A stretch of 64,000 bases of DNA from Lepidodermella squamata (Eukaryota > Animalia > Gastrotricha), in contig JBLDXI010000074.1 of NCBI GenBank assembly GCA_047495785.1, forward strand, positions 62,001-126,000, given 5' to 3'. The position numbers and the translations under genes were made by a program. Under the pieces are notes generated by a model. It worked only from the letters and a program-made list of their open reading frames with translations. It was not told the DNA's origin and did no database searches. Below, in pieces: positions 49,301 through 61,300 of this stretch. Numbering within the stretch: the stretch's first letter is position 1; each line of letters starts with the position of its first letter.

Positions 49301-52300
49301 TGGGAGTGGCATGGAGCCGCGGATAGAGTTCGACCCGACTCTGGTCACCCTAGGCCCGATCTTACCGCACAGCTATGGCGACGAGAAGGACGTGATTATT
49401 CGAAATCCTTGCCCATTCCCGATCGAAATCTACAATTTGGAGCATGATAAACAATATTTGCAAGACGAGCAAATTTTGCGCTTAGTCCGCGGCTGGGATG
49501 CGAACAGTTTGTTGTTGCTACCCCCTAGACCGGCTGGGGACCGTTTACCGAGTGAATTGCTCGAGTATTATGACGATCATTTGCGCAAGTTGAGCGATGT
49601 TGAAAAGTCTGAATTTGAGGCGGCCATGTATGGAACGGCGCCGTCTTTGCCGTCAGCTGCTGCTACGACCGCAACAGTCGTGGTTCCGCCTGAAGGATCG
49701 CCGACTGCTGACCGCGACGACGCTTTCATTATGCCGGGTGCGAAATCGGAAAAGGCCGATGCAAGCTCTGAAGGCAAGTTTTCTTAAATTTCGAGCTTTT
49801 ACTACGGAATTGGGCAATTTTCTTTTAGGTTATAAAGCTGAAAGTTCTCAAGTTTAAATTCTTAATTAAATTCAAGCTATTGAAAAATTCGAATTTTTGC
49901 AACTTTTTAAAACACGAAATTGTTGATTTTACAATTGACCACACTTTCGAATATTGATATGTTTTCAAGTCACTTTTGAGTTTTTTGAAATAAGTGATTT
50001 ATTTATTATATTATTAAAATTTACAAAGTGAGTAATAATTGAGCGATTATTTACACAAGCGCTTGATTAGGAAATAGAGAACAATGATAGCGAAGTTAAC
50101 GTAAATTTTCGGAGCGACGATTCGGAAGCTGAGTTTGACTTCGTAGATTCGATTTTCGTGTTGCTGATCGTCGAAATTCGTCAATTCGTAATTGATTTCG
50201 ATCGTTCGACTGATCACGTGGCCGCCCTGCCAAATTACCGGGACATCCGGGTTTAAAGCCGGGTAATAATCATCCGCAATGCGGCGAAATTCTGCACCGA
50301 TTTCTTGCAATATCTGAAAAAAAATTACAAATTCAAAATTATTTATCCAAAATTATGCAAACAAATTACCTGGATAGGTGAGAATTGGCCGTCATTCATT
50401 TTTGGTTGATGAGGCGTGGTAATTAAGCTAGTTAATTTTGCGCGTTAATTAACGATCTTGCACTTGCGGCAAAAATAGCAATAAATGAGCGCTTTATAGC
50501 CATTGCTTTACTCTTATGCATCCGCATATACCCAGGTATGTAAAACAATACATGCACTAATGATATAAATGTTATTAGTAATTGAATCACGTGCTAAGTG
50601 GTTAATTAGTTGAGTCTCTCGAAGCAAAATAAAAGCGGCCAGGGTGTCGTAAAACTTAACGATTTTGCGCGTCAAAGGTGCGCACCGGCTCATAAACTAG
50701 GCGCGGTTTAATTGCCATCCAATAAAAGTGTCGACCGCCTCACTTTTTTGTGTACTCGCTTACCTGTCGCGGGCGCCGGATCGACGGGTCGTAAATCATT
50801 ATCCGCATTTATGGCGTGGCCAGGTGTTGCGAGGCGTCAGGTGCGCTCTTCAAGACATTGTACTCAAGTCGAGGATTATTGACCTGCCAATAAGGACTCG
50901 CAGAGAAAGATCGTAAATTTCTCACTCCATTAGCCTATTTTAATGAGATAAACAATAAAAAATGGACAATTTGTGACTGTCATAGTCTATTGCCTTTTAT
51001 GATGTCACCTGCATTGACATTAATAGATTTAGCCGTAAAATAGATGAGAGACTGACTCGTGAAATTGGGAATAATGATTACTTGAGACGAGAAGATAAGG
51101 AATGACAGGGTACAGGAAAAAAAATTAATCTGTATCAGACCAAAAATCAGAATATTCGGGTTGGCGGATCTCGGAATTTTAAGCCAGACGGAGTTACAGC
51201 GTGTCCCATAAGTAACGCTAGCAAAGATGATACACGGAAAAGGGTTCAGAAACTCTATATAATGAGAAACGAATGGCCAGAAAGTTTTTAGAAAAATTGA
51301 AAAAAACACGAGAATAGTAATCAATTATGCCACTTTTTAATGGGATTAAAAAAGTTCGGAGAAATTTGGTCCAACCGAGAAAAATACCGAAAATTACCGA
51401 ACCAGTTACCATCGGGGTTTTCCGGGTTTTCTCCGGTAAATTGCGCATTTCTACGGTTGAATTGGGATAAAAGATGGGAAATTTTCTCGATGGGTTTATT
51501 TTGAAAAATTAGCTGAATTTTCTACAAAATATATCCAACTTAAAAATAGTTGCGCAACTTCTGGGACACGCTGTGATGACAACAACGTTTAGGAAATTTG
51601 TTAATTAATTCTGAATCATTTAAAAAAGAACGGAAGTATTTATAATCTAAATAATCATAATTTCCTGTATAATTCGGAATAAAAAATAGCCATAGCGATT
51701 AAATTTTATTTCGATTTTATTTATCGGCGCTTTACTCTCTAAAAATGTTATTTTTTCTACTTACAGAAGTCATGAAAGATGTTGGCGAGTTGGAACTGAC
51801 CCCAGTAACGCGATCAATCGCCAGGTACCTCGGCATCGACCTGTCTCCCGAAGGTCGGACCGCACGAAACCGGCGCGGCATAACCATCGTAATCAACGGC
51901 CCGCCGAAATCCGGCCGGTCAACCCTGGCACAACAACTAGCCGCCAACTACAATGGCGCGTTGCTCACAATCGACGGCGTTGTAACGGAAGCAATCATCC
52001 GTGGCACAACCCCAGCGGCCATTCGAGCCCGTGAAATGTGCCAGGAGGCGGCAAGACGGCGATTGGAGGAAATTCGCGCCGCGGAAGAGGCCGCGCAACA
52101 AGCCGCGATGCTAGCCGAGGGTGTTTTATTACCTCCTGGCCTGCCCGGGCAGAGTAAAGACGCTAATCTCGGCCACGGTCATGGCAACCTGCGAAAACCG
52201 TCCAGTTTAGCCGATCAGCGAAAACCAGCCCGTGGCGGCCAGCAGCAGGCGCAACAAGCTCAACAAGCCCAACAGGCTGAGCAGCAAATCATTCAAGCCA

Positions 52301-55300
52301 GCGCATTTGCGCCCGAGCCGCGTTTTCTCGATGTCCCATCCGAAGTTGGCGGCGATTCTGGCCTGATGTCCGTTATTCTACCCGAAGATATGCTGATCGA
52401 TATTTTGAGCGAGCGATTTCAGAGCGTTGATTGCTACGAAGGCATGATTATCGATAGTTTGGACACCCTGTTTCTGCCGACTCCTCTCCACGCCAGCCTA
52501 TGCATTCTCAAGGCCTTGAATAATCGCAAATATCTTTATTTCGTCACCTTGAAATTGGACATGTTGACCCTGAAAGAACGCGAGCGAAAGGTCAAAGAAG
52601 AACAAGGTAATAATTTATCAATTATTTTAAAAAAATTATTAAATTTTGAAATTTGAAATTGTATTCAAAAAATATTAATTTCAAATTTTTCAAAGTACCG
52701 AATTTTATCAACATTTTTCGATTATTTTATAGAAAAATTGGACAAGGAACGCGAAGAACTGGAGCGAAAATGGCTTGATGAAATGGACGAAGAAGAGTAT
52801 GAACTGTTGACTCCAGAAAAACGAGCCGAAGTCGACTATAAACGGCTCTGTATTAAACGTGAGCGAATGCAACGTGAGCGTGAAGCCGCTGAAATCGAAC
52901 GGCAAAAGCGTGAGGCCTTGGAGGCTGAGCAACGGCGACTTGAAGAAGAAAGGTTTGAAAATTTATCAAATAAAATGTTAAAATGCGATTAAAATCTCAT
53001 TAAAATCGACATCTGATAGAGATGACAGCAGGCAAGTGACGCATTTCTCTTTCAGTTGACATGAATTTTTATTTCGAATTTTTGAAATCACCATCTCATT
53101 TACTGCTTGAAATTTTCAATAATTTGTTTTCTAACCCTGATCCTCCTTTCAATAAACGAAATTTCCGATGATTTTTAGAAATGCCAAGAAGAAGAAAAAG
53201 CCAGGAGAAATTGCGGCCAAGGACCCGAAAGCGGGAGCCGCTGCACCCGGAGCACCCGGCGCCAAGAAACCCGGCGAACCCCCGGCTAAGGACGCAAAAG
53301 ACCCGAAAGATCCAAAAGAAAAGGACAAAGATAACCGCGATAGCAAGGCTGGTAAGCGAGACGAGCCGCCCAAAGCTCCCCCAGGAGTCACCCTGACGAA
53401 ACCTGGAGAGCCTCTGAAGGGCCAGCTCTCCGTTCAACCGGGTGCCACGCCGGGTACTGATAAACTCCAGATACCAGGTGCGTCGGAGGAAGATGATAAG
53501 AAGAAGAAGAAACCAGTCCCTGGTAAGGGTGAAGAGGCCGCTGTGGTAATGGGTGACCAGGCGCCCCCAGTCCCGGAGCCACCGAGCCCAGCCGAACAGG
53601 CGCTGATCGCCCGATTCCGGTGTTTCGACCATTTTCTGCCTGAAATTTGCGATTTACTCGACCAATGGGATAGGTCGACTTTGACAGCCATCCATATGGT
53701 CCCAACTATGGACGGCGATCACGACCACCCACCTTCAGCCGCTCAACCTGTCCGCCGCAACAAAGGTGGCCGGCAAGACCCGAAGGAAAAAGATTCCAAA
53801 GAAAAAGAGAAAGAAAAGGACAAAGACAAGGATAAGGATAAGGACAAGCATGACAAGCATCGGGGTACCGGGGCTAATACCACAGCTGATCAAGCCGCCT
53901 CAGTTGCCGATCGCCAACATGCAGAGGTAAGTAACACATTTTTTGACCTAGATATAGACAATTGCTAAAGAATCGCTGTTAATCATAAAAAATTCGAAAA
54001 ATTGAAAATGTCTTGGAAATTAGGTCATTTTTTTATGATTGATAGCGATCATCACAAACCAGTTTGCCGTTAATTTTAATATTTCATTTTGTTTTCATTT
54101 ACAAGCTTGAAATACCAAAGTTGCCTAAACGGCGTCAAAGTGTGATGTCCGTAGAAAATCCGCTTTCTTATAGAACGGTTTTACCCTCACCCGTAATAAC
54201 GGTATAATACCTATATTTGATGATTTTTTAAAAATATTAGTCCGGCGTGCTTACATTATACTATGGATTTTTATTAGTCTATTTACAAAAATTTCGCACG
54301 TATTTGTCTGCTTTTACCTGTACTTTTTACAAGCTTTTTGGATCTCATGTCTTTGGATCTGGATTGAACCTGCAACTTTGTGTGCTTTAAAAACTAATTG
54401 TTCTTATTTTAATTGTTTTTTTTCATTTTTTTCCTACAGAGCCGTATTGATGACTACAACGAGGCTAGTAAATCGAGCAGCCAGCATACTGAAATCGGAG
54501 TGCCTAATGTGGTACTCGATTGCGGCCTCGAGCCTCACCCAACCGTTGAAAAGGTGACAACGGCCGGGAAAATGCCGACCCGCCAAGAAATTTTGGACGG
54601 CCTTGGAATCGGAAATAAAGGCCCTCCTATCCCACCACCTGTTGTCCTAAGTGTGGTGAATTATCCAATTAAGCGAAAACCGCCACCAGCTGAGTTCGAT
54701 CTGCACTACACCTTTGTCCAAATTCCGGGTATGCCTGGTTCGGATTTGACCCTGGATGCCGAGGGTCGTGGGTCAGATTCGGTTAGCATGGCGGCTACTG
54801 AAGCACCAACTGCACCTTCAACTCCGCCGAAATCGCGTCGAGAAACTGCGAAGGATAAGGAAAAGAAGGGCAAAGATGATAAGGAGGAGAAGGTCAAAAC
54901 TGGCAAGTCCGATAAAGATTCGACCAAATCAGGCGATACTAAGGACAGCAAGAAAGGTTCGATTTCTTTTTATTAAATTTTTTTGTTTATTAAATCATTT
55001 ATCGGGAAGGCTATACAGCTGTTTCACATTCATCTTCGCTGACGTCGATTGAGACGTCAGCAGATGAAGCAGGTAAAAATAATTCGAAAAGAAGCAGACG
55101 GCATGAAAATTACTCACCCGCATGATATTTTAGAAAAATCACGGAAAATTCAGAAAAAACTCGGCATTTTTCCCCTTTTCATAAAAATTGAAAAATTCGA
55201 GAAAACACAGTACCTGTAACTTGCATGAATTTTTATTAATTATTTGTGAATACATTTAATTTATTTTTCAATTCATTTATTTTAGGAACAACTTCAACCG

Positions 55301-58300
55301 GGGCTGCTGCTGCGGGTAAGAAAGCCCGAGGAAGGGCGACTACCGTCTCGCCCCCACCTGGAGCTGATGGCGCCGATGGTACTATGACTGGTGATTTGGA
55401 GGGCGGTGGAAATCGCGGTATCCCTGTCACAAATTTCAGGTGGATCATTCCGCCAAAAGGCGAAGCTGTGATGCGGTAAGTAAAGCCTAAAATGGTCAGA
55501 ATTAGGAAAAATGAATTAAATCGGAAATTTCGATTTTGAGTTTGTTCTTCGGAATTTGAAAATTCGAAAATCGAAAATCGAAACTTCAAAATTCGAATTT
55601 AAATTATTGACATTTTTTTGATTGCGCTGAAAAATTCGGAAACTTAACGAAAATTAGATTTTTTTAATTTAAAAATTGATCTAATAATTTTATAAAAATT
55701 TTTTTTCTCCAGAATTCACTTCCATAGCGATGACACTGGCCAATTCGATCAAGTCTACAATTTCGAAATCATGGGCACATCCCGTAAATACCAGCTATTC
55801 CTCCGCGGAATCGCCTGTTTTCCAAGCATCTGCAAAGAACCACGCGTTCTATTCCCGAATCGCAAAAAGAACCGCGCCAAGGACGAAATCGTGTGTAAAA
55901 AGTACGTCATACAGGAGGAGCTATTCGACTTTGGCCCTTTGCTGATCGGTAAATCACGCGATGGTTTCAAAGACGCGAGCCGTTTCCCTGAAAACAGTTC
56001 AACTTTCGTCATCATGAACAACAAATCAATCGACGCTGAATGCACTTTCTGCTTCTTAAACGACGCTAAGGGCGATATTTTCTTGCTAAATCCGCCTCAA
56101 ATGACGTTGAAGCCGAACGAGCAGCAAGAATTGAAGGTATGGGCCTTCCCGAGAACGGTCGGCGAATTTGAGGACACCCTGGTTTGCTGTGTCCGGGAGA
56201 ACCCGGAGCCTGTTACCTGGAAGCTGCGCTGCTTCGGCGCTAGGCCTGAGCTAGAATTGGACAAGAAATTGCTGGCGTTCGAGAAAATTCTACTTTTCCG
56301 AAAGGAGACAAAATCAGTCACCCTGCGTAATAAAACCCTGATACCAGTCGCGTGGAGGTTAACCGGCCTCGACGCCCTGGGTGACGATTTTTCAGTCGCC
56401 TCAGACTCCGGGATCATCCAACCCCGATCTGAGTACCAGCTCCATTTGCATTTCAAAGCATCCCGCCCTGTTATTTTACAGAAAAAGTACATCCGCATCG
56501 AAATCTCTGATGCGGAAAATGTGCTGGGTGTCATTCAAACCGAGTCGATCCAAGTTCAGGCCGAGTGTTACGACGTAGCCCTGGATTTGATGTTCCCGAA
56601 AGAGCGGGGCGGTCAAGATTACCTGGATTTCGGGACATTGCGCGTCAATGCGGAAGACAAGCAGCAGTTGACATTGAAAAATCGTGGGAAATACGAATTT
56701 CAGGTCCTTTTCGACCTAGTTCAACCCGAGGGCGTTAAAATGCCTGATGTTAAATCGTTGTTCCAAATCATCCCAGCGCATGAAACTCTACCAGCCACGG
56801 CTTCGAAGACAATAACCGTTGTTTTCTGCCCGAAACAAGAGGTCAAAATTTTGGATGCGCCGATAATTAAATGCTACATAAAGGAGCCAAGTCAACCGGA
56901 ACAGAGCCAGAAAATCGGTGAAATTACGATTAAAGTCTCAGGCCGGTCGCTTTATTCGAAATACCGCCTAACCCCATCGACTGATATCAATTTTGGCACG
57001 TTGTTGGTCAACGCAAGGAAATCAACGAAATTCACGATTGAAAATACGGGCGAATTCGAGTTTAAATACACGATTTTTTCGGTGTCGCCCAAGGCGCCGG
57101 CTGATGCGAATAAACAGGCGGCGAATGCGGCGCAAAAAGCTGGCCGGGGCCTGGCGTCGCGTGTTTCGTCGCGAAGTATCAAAGATGGAACGGTGACTGG
57201 CAGTGTTCAGGCGATTGATAAGTCGCAGTTGATAACGCAGACGAGATTGGCCGTGGATATGTTCACGATTGCGCCTGGTTTCACGTCGACGCCGATTCCG
57301 CCGAATTCTTACCAGGAAATCACTGTCGAGTGCCTGGCTGACCGGGAAGGAAAATCTGAAACGGTTTGTGCCACTTGAATTTTAAAATGGCAAATTCATT
57401 TTGATTAGTGAAGTCATCATTCATAGTTGTAGCCGGTTTAAATTGAATTAGTTTGACGCTCAACATTGGAAAGAAGCATCAGATCGCTCTTGTGATGAAT
57501 GTGATCTTTGCTGATTTTGAGTCATGGATACCTTGAATGGTTTCCACCTTTTTTCGACAATCTCTGTAAATTTCGCGCAAACTTGAACGCGGTAAATTTC
57601 ACTTTACGAGATGCACACGGCAAGCATTTTACTGAAATACTATATTCACTCGGATCATAGGTCATAGGTATATTGAATATTTCCCAACACCATCAAACAT
57701 GATAAGCTTGGCGAAAATTCCTGACTCCAAAACCCCACACTGGTTTCCTCAAAGCGAGAGTTAATAGCCGTACTCATTATTTCATGCAAGGCTTGCTCCA
57801 TATTTAACGGCCTCCTTTAATGTTTCCTTTAATGGCCAACTGGGGATTATCAGGGCTACCGTCGACTAAGAGACGGGCTGAGGGTTCCTCGAGTGAGAGC
57901 CTTGCAGAGGGTTCATCGAGTGAGAGACGGGCAGAGGGTTCATCGATCGAGAGACGGGCAGAGGGTTCCTCGAGTGAGAGCCTTGCAGAGGGTTCATCGA
58001 TCGAGAGACGGGCAGAGGGCTCCTCGAGTGAGAGCCTTGCAGAGGGTGCATTCCAAGCGGCCCGGATGGAGCTTGCTGGATTAGCGCTCCACACTGCTAC
58101 TGCTGCCTGAGAGTATCAAGTAGTTGTTGCATTCAAACTGAGCCCTATCAGCTAAAGAAACTTACTATAAGCAGCATTGCATCCAAGGCCTTGCTCATTC
58201 TTCTAGAAGTGGGTAAACGGGAAATAATATTTTAGATAATGAAGCATGCATAGCATACCTTCTAATTTATAGGCCGGGCCGATTCAACTTTGCATCTGTA

Positions 58301-61300
58301 TAAACCTTTCAGATATCTCCCGTGAAATTCACGTTTCGTTCATGTGAAATCAACAAGGGGTGAAACGGAAGGCTTAGCGTCAGTTAGCATACTATTTACA
58401 ATTTACATTGTCAAATTATCTGACGCAAAACAAATTCTCTTGACCTTTTCGAACTCAAAATAATTGCTGTAAAACAAATTCTTCTTAATTATTTAAGTGC
58501 ATGTAAATTATATAAAATTATATAAAATTAAATTATATGTATATACGAAAATTAGAAATATAATGATCATGCTTATAACATTTTCTCAAAATTTTGAGCG
58601 TTTACTTCCGTTATCATACGGCTCCTTTCAATGTTTACTCAAGATTCTTGTAAAAAATTTCTTCCTGACTAGAAACGTTCTACTTGCGTTGCTTATGCGC
58701 GTTTTTCGCACTGAGAAGCGCGATATATTTCGCCTCTGTTAACCCAGCTCCTTTCAATATTTACTTAAGGGTCTGATAATACATCCGCTGTAAGTCTCTG
58801 CCGTTGATGACAATATGCTTATGCATGTACAAAATTGATAATTAAATTAATTTTTAATTGTGAACTTTGAACTTAGACAATTTTTTCCATTTCAGACCCT
58901 CCTGATCGAGATAACCGACCGCGACCCTGGCAACAACCCCGGCGGTATCCCGTACCGCCTCGTTGCCGAAGGCTGTGCGCCAACCATCAACAATTCCGAC
59001 TACCGCGACGTTTTCGAAGAGCACACAATCATCAAAAGCATCATGGGCTGGCAGAGCCTACTGCGGCCGCACATGGGCCTCGCCGAGTTCGTCGGCGGCG
59101 TGTTCGGCGAGAGCGAGAAACGCTTCGTATTCCCGCCGGTTCTCGTCTCGAAACGCGCGACAGCTCGGTTCAAGCTATCAAACAACAGCCGAGTGCCGTC
59201 AGACATCGCCATCGCAGTTCGGCCGGTCTCGATGACGCAAACCACGTCGTCGAAGCACAGCCAGGCCGCCGCAGCCGCTGCCGCGAAAATCGTTGATGTT
59301 TTCGACGTCTCCCCCGCCCGGGCTCAGATCCCACCGAAAGGCAGCGTCTACGTCGACGTTTCATTCAGCCCAGCGGCTATTCATCAGTACATGGCTGTTT
59401 TCGAGGCAGGCCTCGAGGGGGCCAATGCCGCTAAATCGGTCCCGCTCAAATTCGATATAATGGGCGAAGGCCATTTACCGCGAGTCTCAGTGATAAAACC
59501 GACGATTTTGAATAAACGAGGCCAACCCGCCTTAATTTTCCGCCGGACCCTGCTAGGGTGTTCAGACGAGGCGACGTTCGAGTTATCAAACGACGGAACT
59601 CTACCATCGAAAGTCACGATCGATATAACCGACCCAGTCTCGTGTTTCCGGGTCGAATCCCTCCAACCGACCCCGTTGGAAATTACCGAAATCACCGATG
59701 ATTCACCCCCAGTTACTGCCTCAAAGACGAAGGCAATAACCGAGACAGTTTTAGTCGGAAAAACCGCGTTGTATAAGGTGATTTTCTCGCCAACCAGCGC
59801 TGTTCGTTCGATAGGCGGCGTGCGGATTCGCGTTGAAGATAACCCGTACGAAGACACGGTTATCCAGCTAATCGGCGAGTCCTACGATGAGCCGGTTTCA
59901 CTCGCGAATGTTCGCAGCGCCCTAGGCATCACCGACGCGCCCCCGCCCCCGCCACCGCCACCCGCGCCGGGTGATAAAAACGCAGCGGCGGCAGCTGCGG
60001 CAGCGAATCAGGCCAACTCGGCGCTGCGTGAAATCGACGAGCGTTCGGAGCCTGTCCGGAACCAGGTCATGAATTTCGGCGACACAAAACTCAACGAGCC
60101 GTCGACGCTGACGTTTGACATCGTCAACAAATCTGACCAGTTCATTCGATTCGTCTGCCCGGACCATCCGCATTTGAAGTTTTCGCCCCATATCGGCCAT
60201 ATTGCGCCGAAAAGGTCGAAAGAAATCAGCGTGACGTTGTACGTCGAACAGCCGGTCACGCATCGTGAGGTCGTAGTACCAATCAAATTTTCGCGAATCG
60301 TCCCCGAAAATGCGGACTTATCGCTAGATTGGGATGATAAGAAGAAGCTGGTTCGCTGGGTCGAATCAACCGCGGCCCGGGTCCCAGGTGCGAAACGCAA
60401 GGTCACTGAAGCGGAACCTGAACCGCCGTACAGCGACGTCCCTGAGAGTAATAAAAACCTTGACCTACGCGTATCAGCTATTGTCCAATACGCGAAAATT
60501 AAGTGTGAGACGAAACAGATTCATTTCAAGGACACCCTGATGTTCCAAACCCGGGTTGTTGAGGTCAAGGTGTCTAATGCGGGCGACGTGCGGGCGCATT
60601 ACAACTGGGTACTTGACCTACCCTCCCGGCCAGCCACCGACCCGGCTGAGATAATGCCAATGTCCCGACCTGTGACCCCGAGTATCATGACCCCGCGACC
60701 TTTCAGCGGAAATCGGTTCTTTTTAGACGTCAACGGAGCTGCGGCGATTGAGACACCCTGGACGGCTCTCGACATGTCAACACCTTCGTATGACCCGTTT
60801 GTTGTCGAACCGCCGTTCGGGAGCATTGAACCGAATCAGAGCCAGGTGTTCAAAATCAAATTCGCCCCGCTTGACCTGGGCGATATTTCCGGAAATATCC
60901 AACTCCATGTGTCAAACGCGAATCCTGAAAACAGAATTTTCCACACTATCGCGGTTAAGGCGCGGAGTTTGTTGCCATGGTGTCACTTCGAATTGCCGGA
61001 TTCTGAGTATTTAGTCAAGCGGAACGTTGAGCTACCCGGGCCCCAGGGTCGACCGCCGGGTACCAAGCTGGACCCTAACACCCGGGCGATTGAGTTCAGC
61101 GTAGTCGGGGTCGGACTTACTACAACGAAAATTTTCTCGGTTTTGAACCCGACGAATAAACGGTACCACTTCGAGTGGGTCAACGACGATATGGATGACC
61201 CGAAACGGGTGCCTTGCGTCACCTGCCGCACCCCACACGGCATCATCGGACCGGGTGAAAAGGTCCACATGCAGTTCGATTTCGTGTCGAATGGCATTGG

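Noticed and set aside
55029-55068. Hairpin TTCATCTTCGCTGACGTC-gattga-GACGTCAGCAGATGAA in a HYDIN intron
   Set aside because: It is too short for a pre-miRNA call and single-copy here, so most likely a repeat remnant.
57820-58110. Plus-strand ORF with RRAEGSS repeats inside the HYDIN intron
   Set aside because: It is the antisense shadow of copy C, has no signal peptide and is not needed for the HYDIN reading frame.
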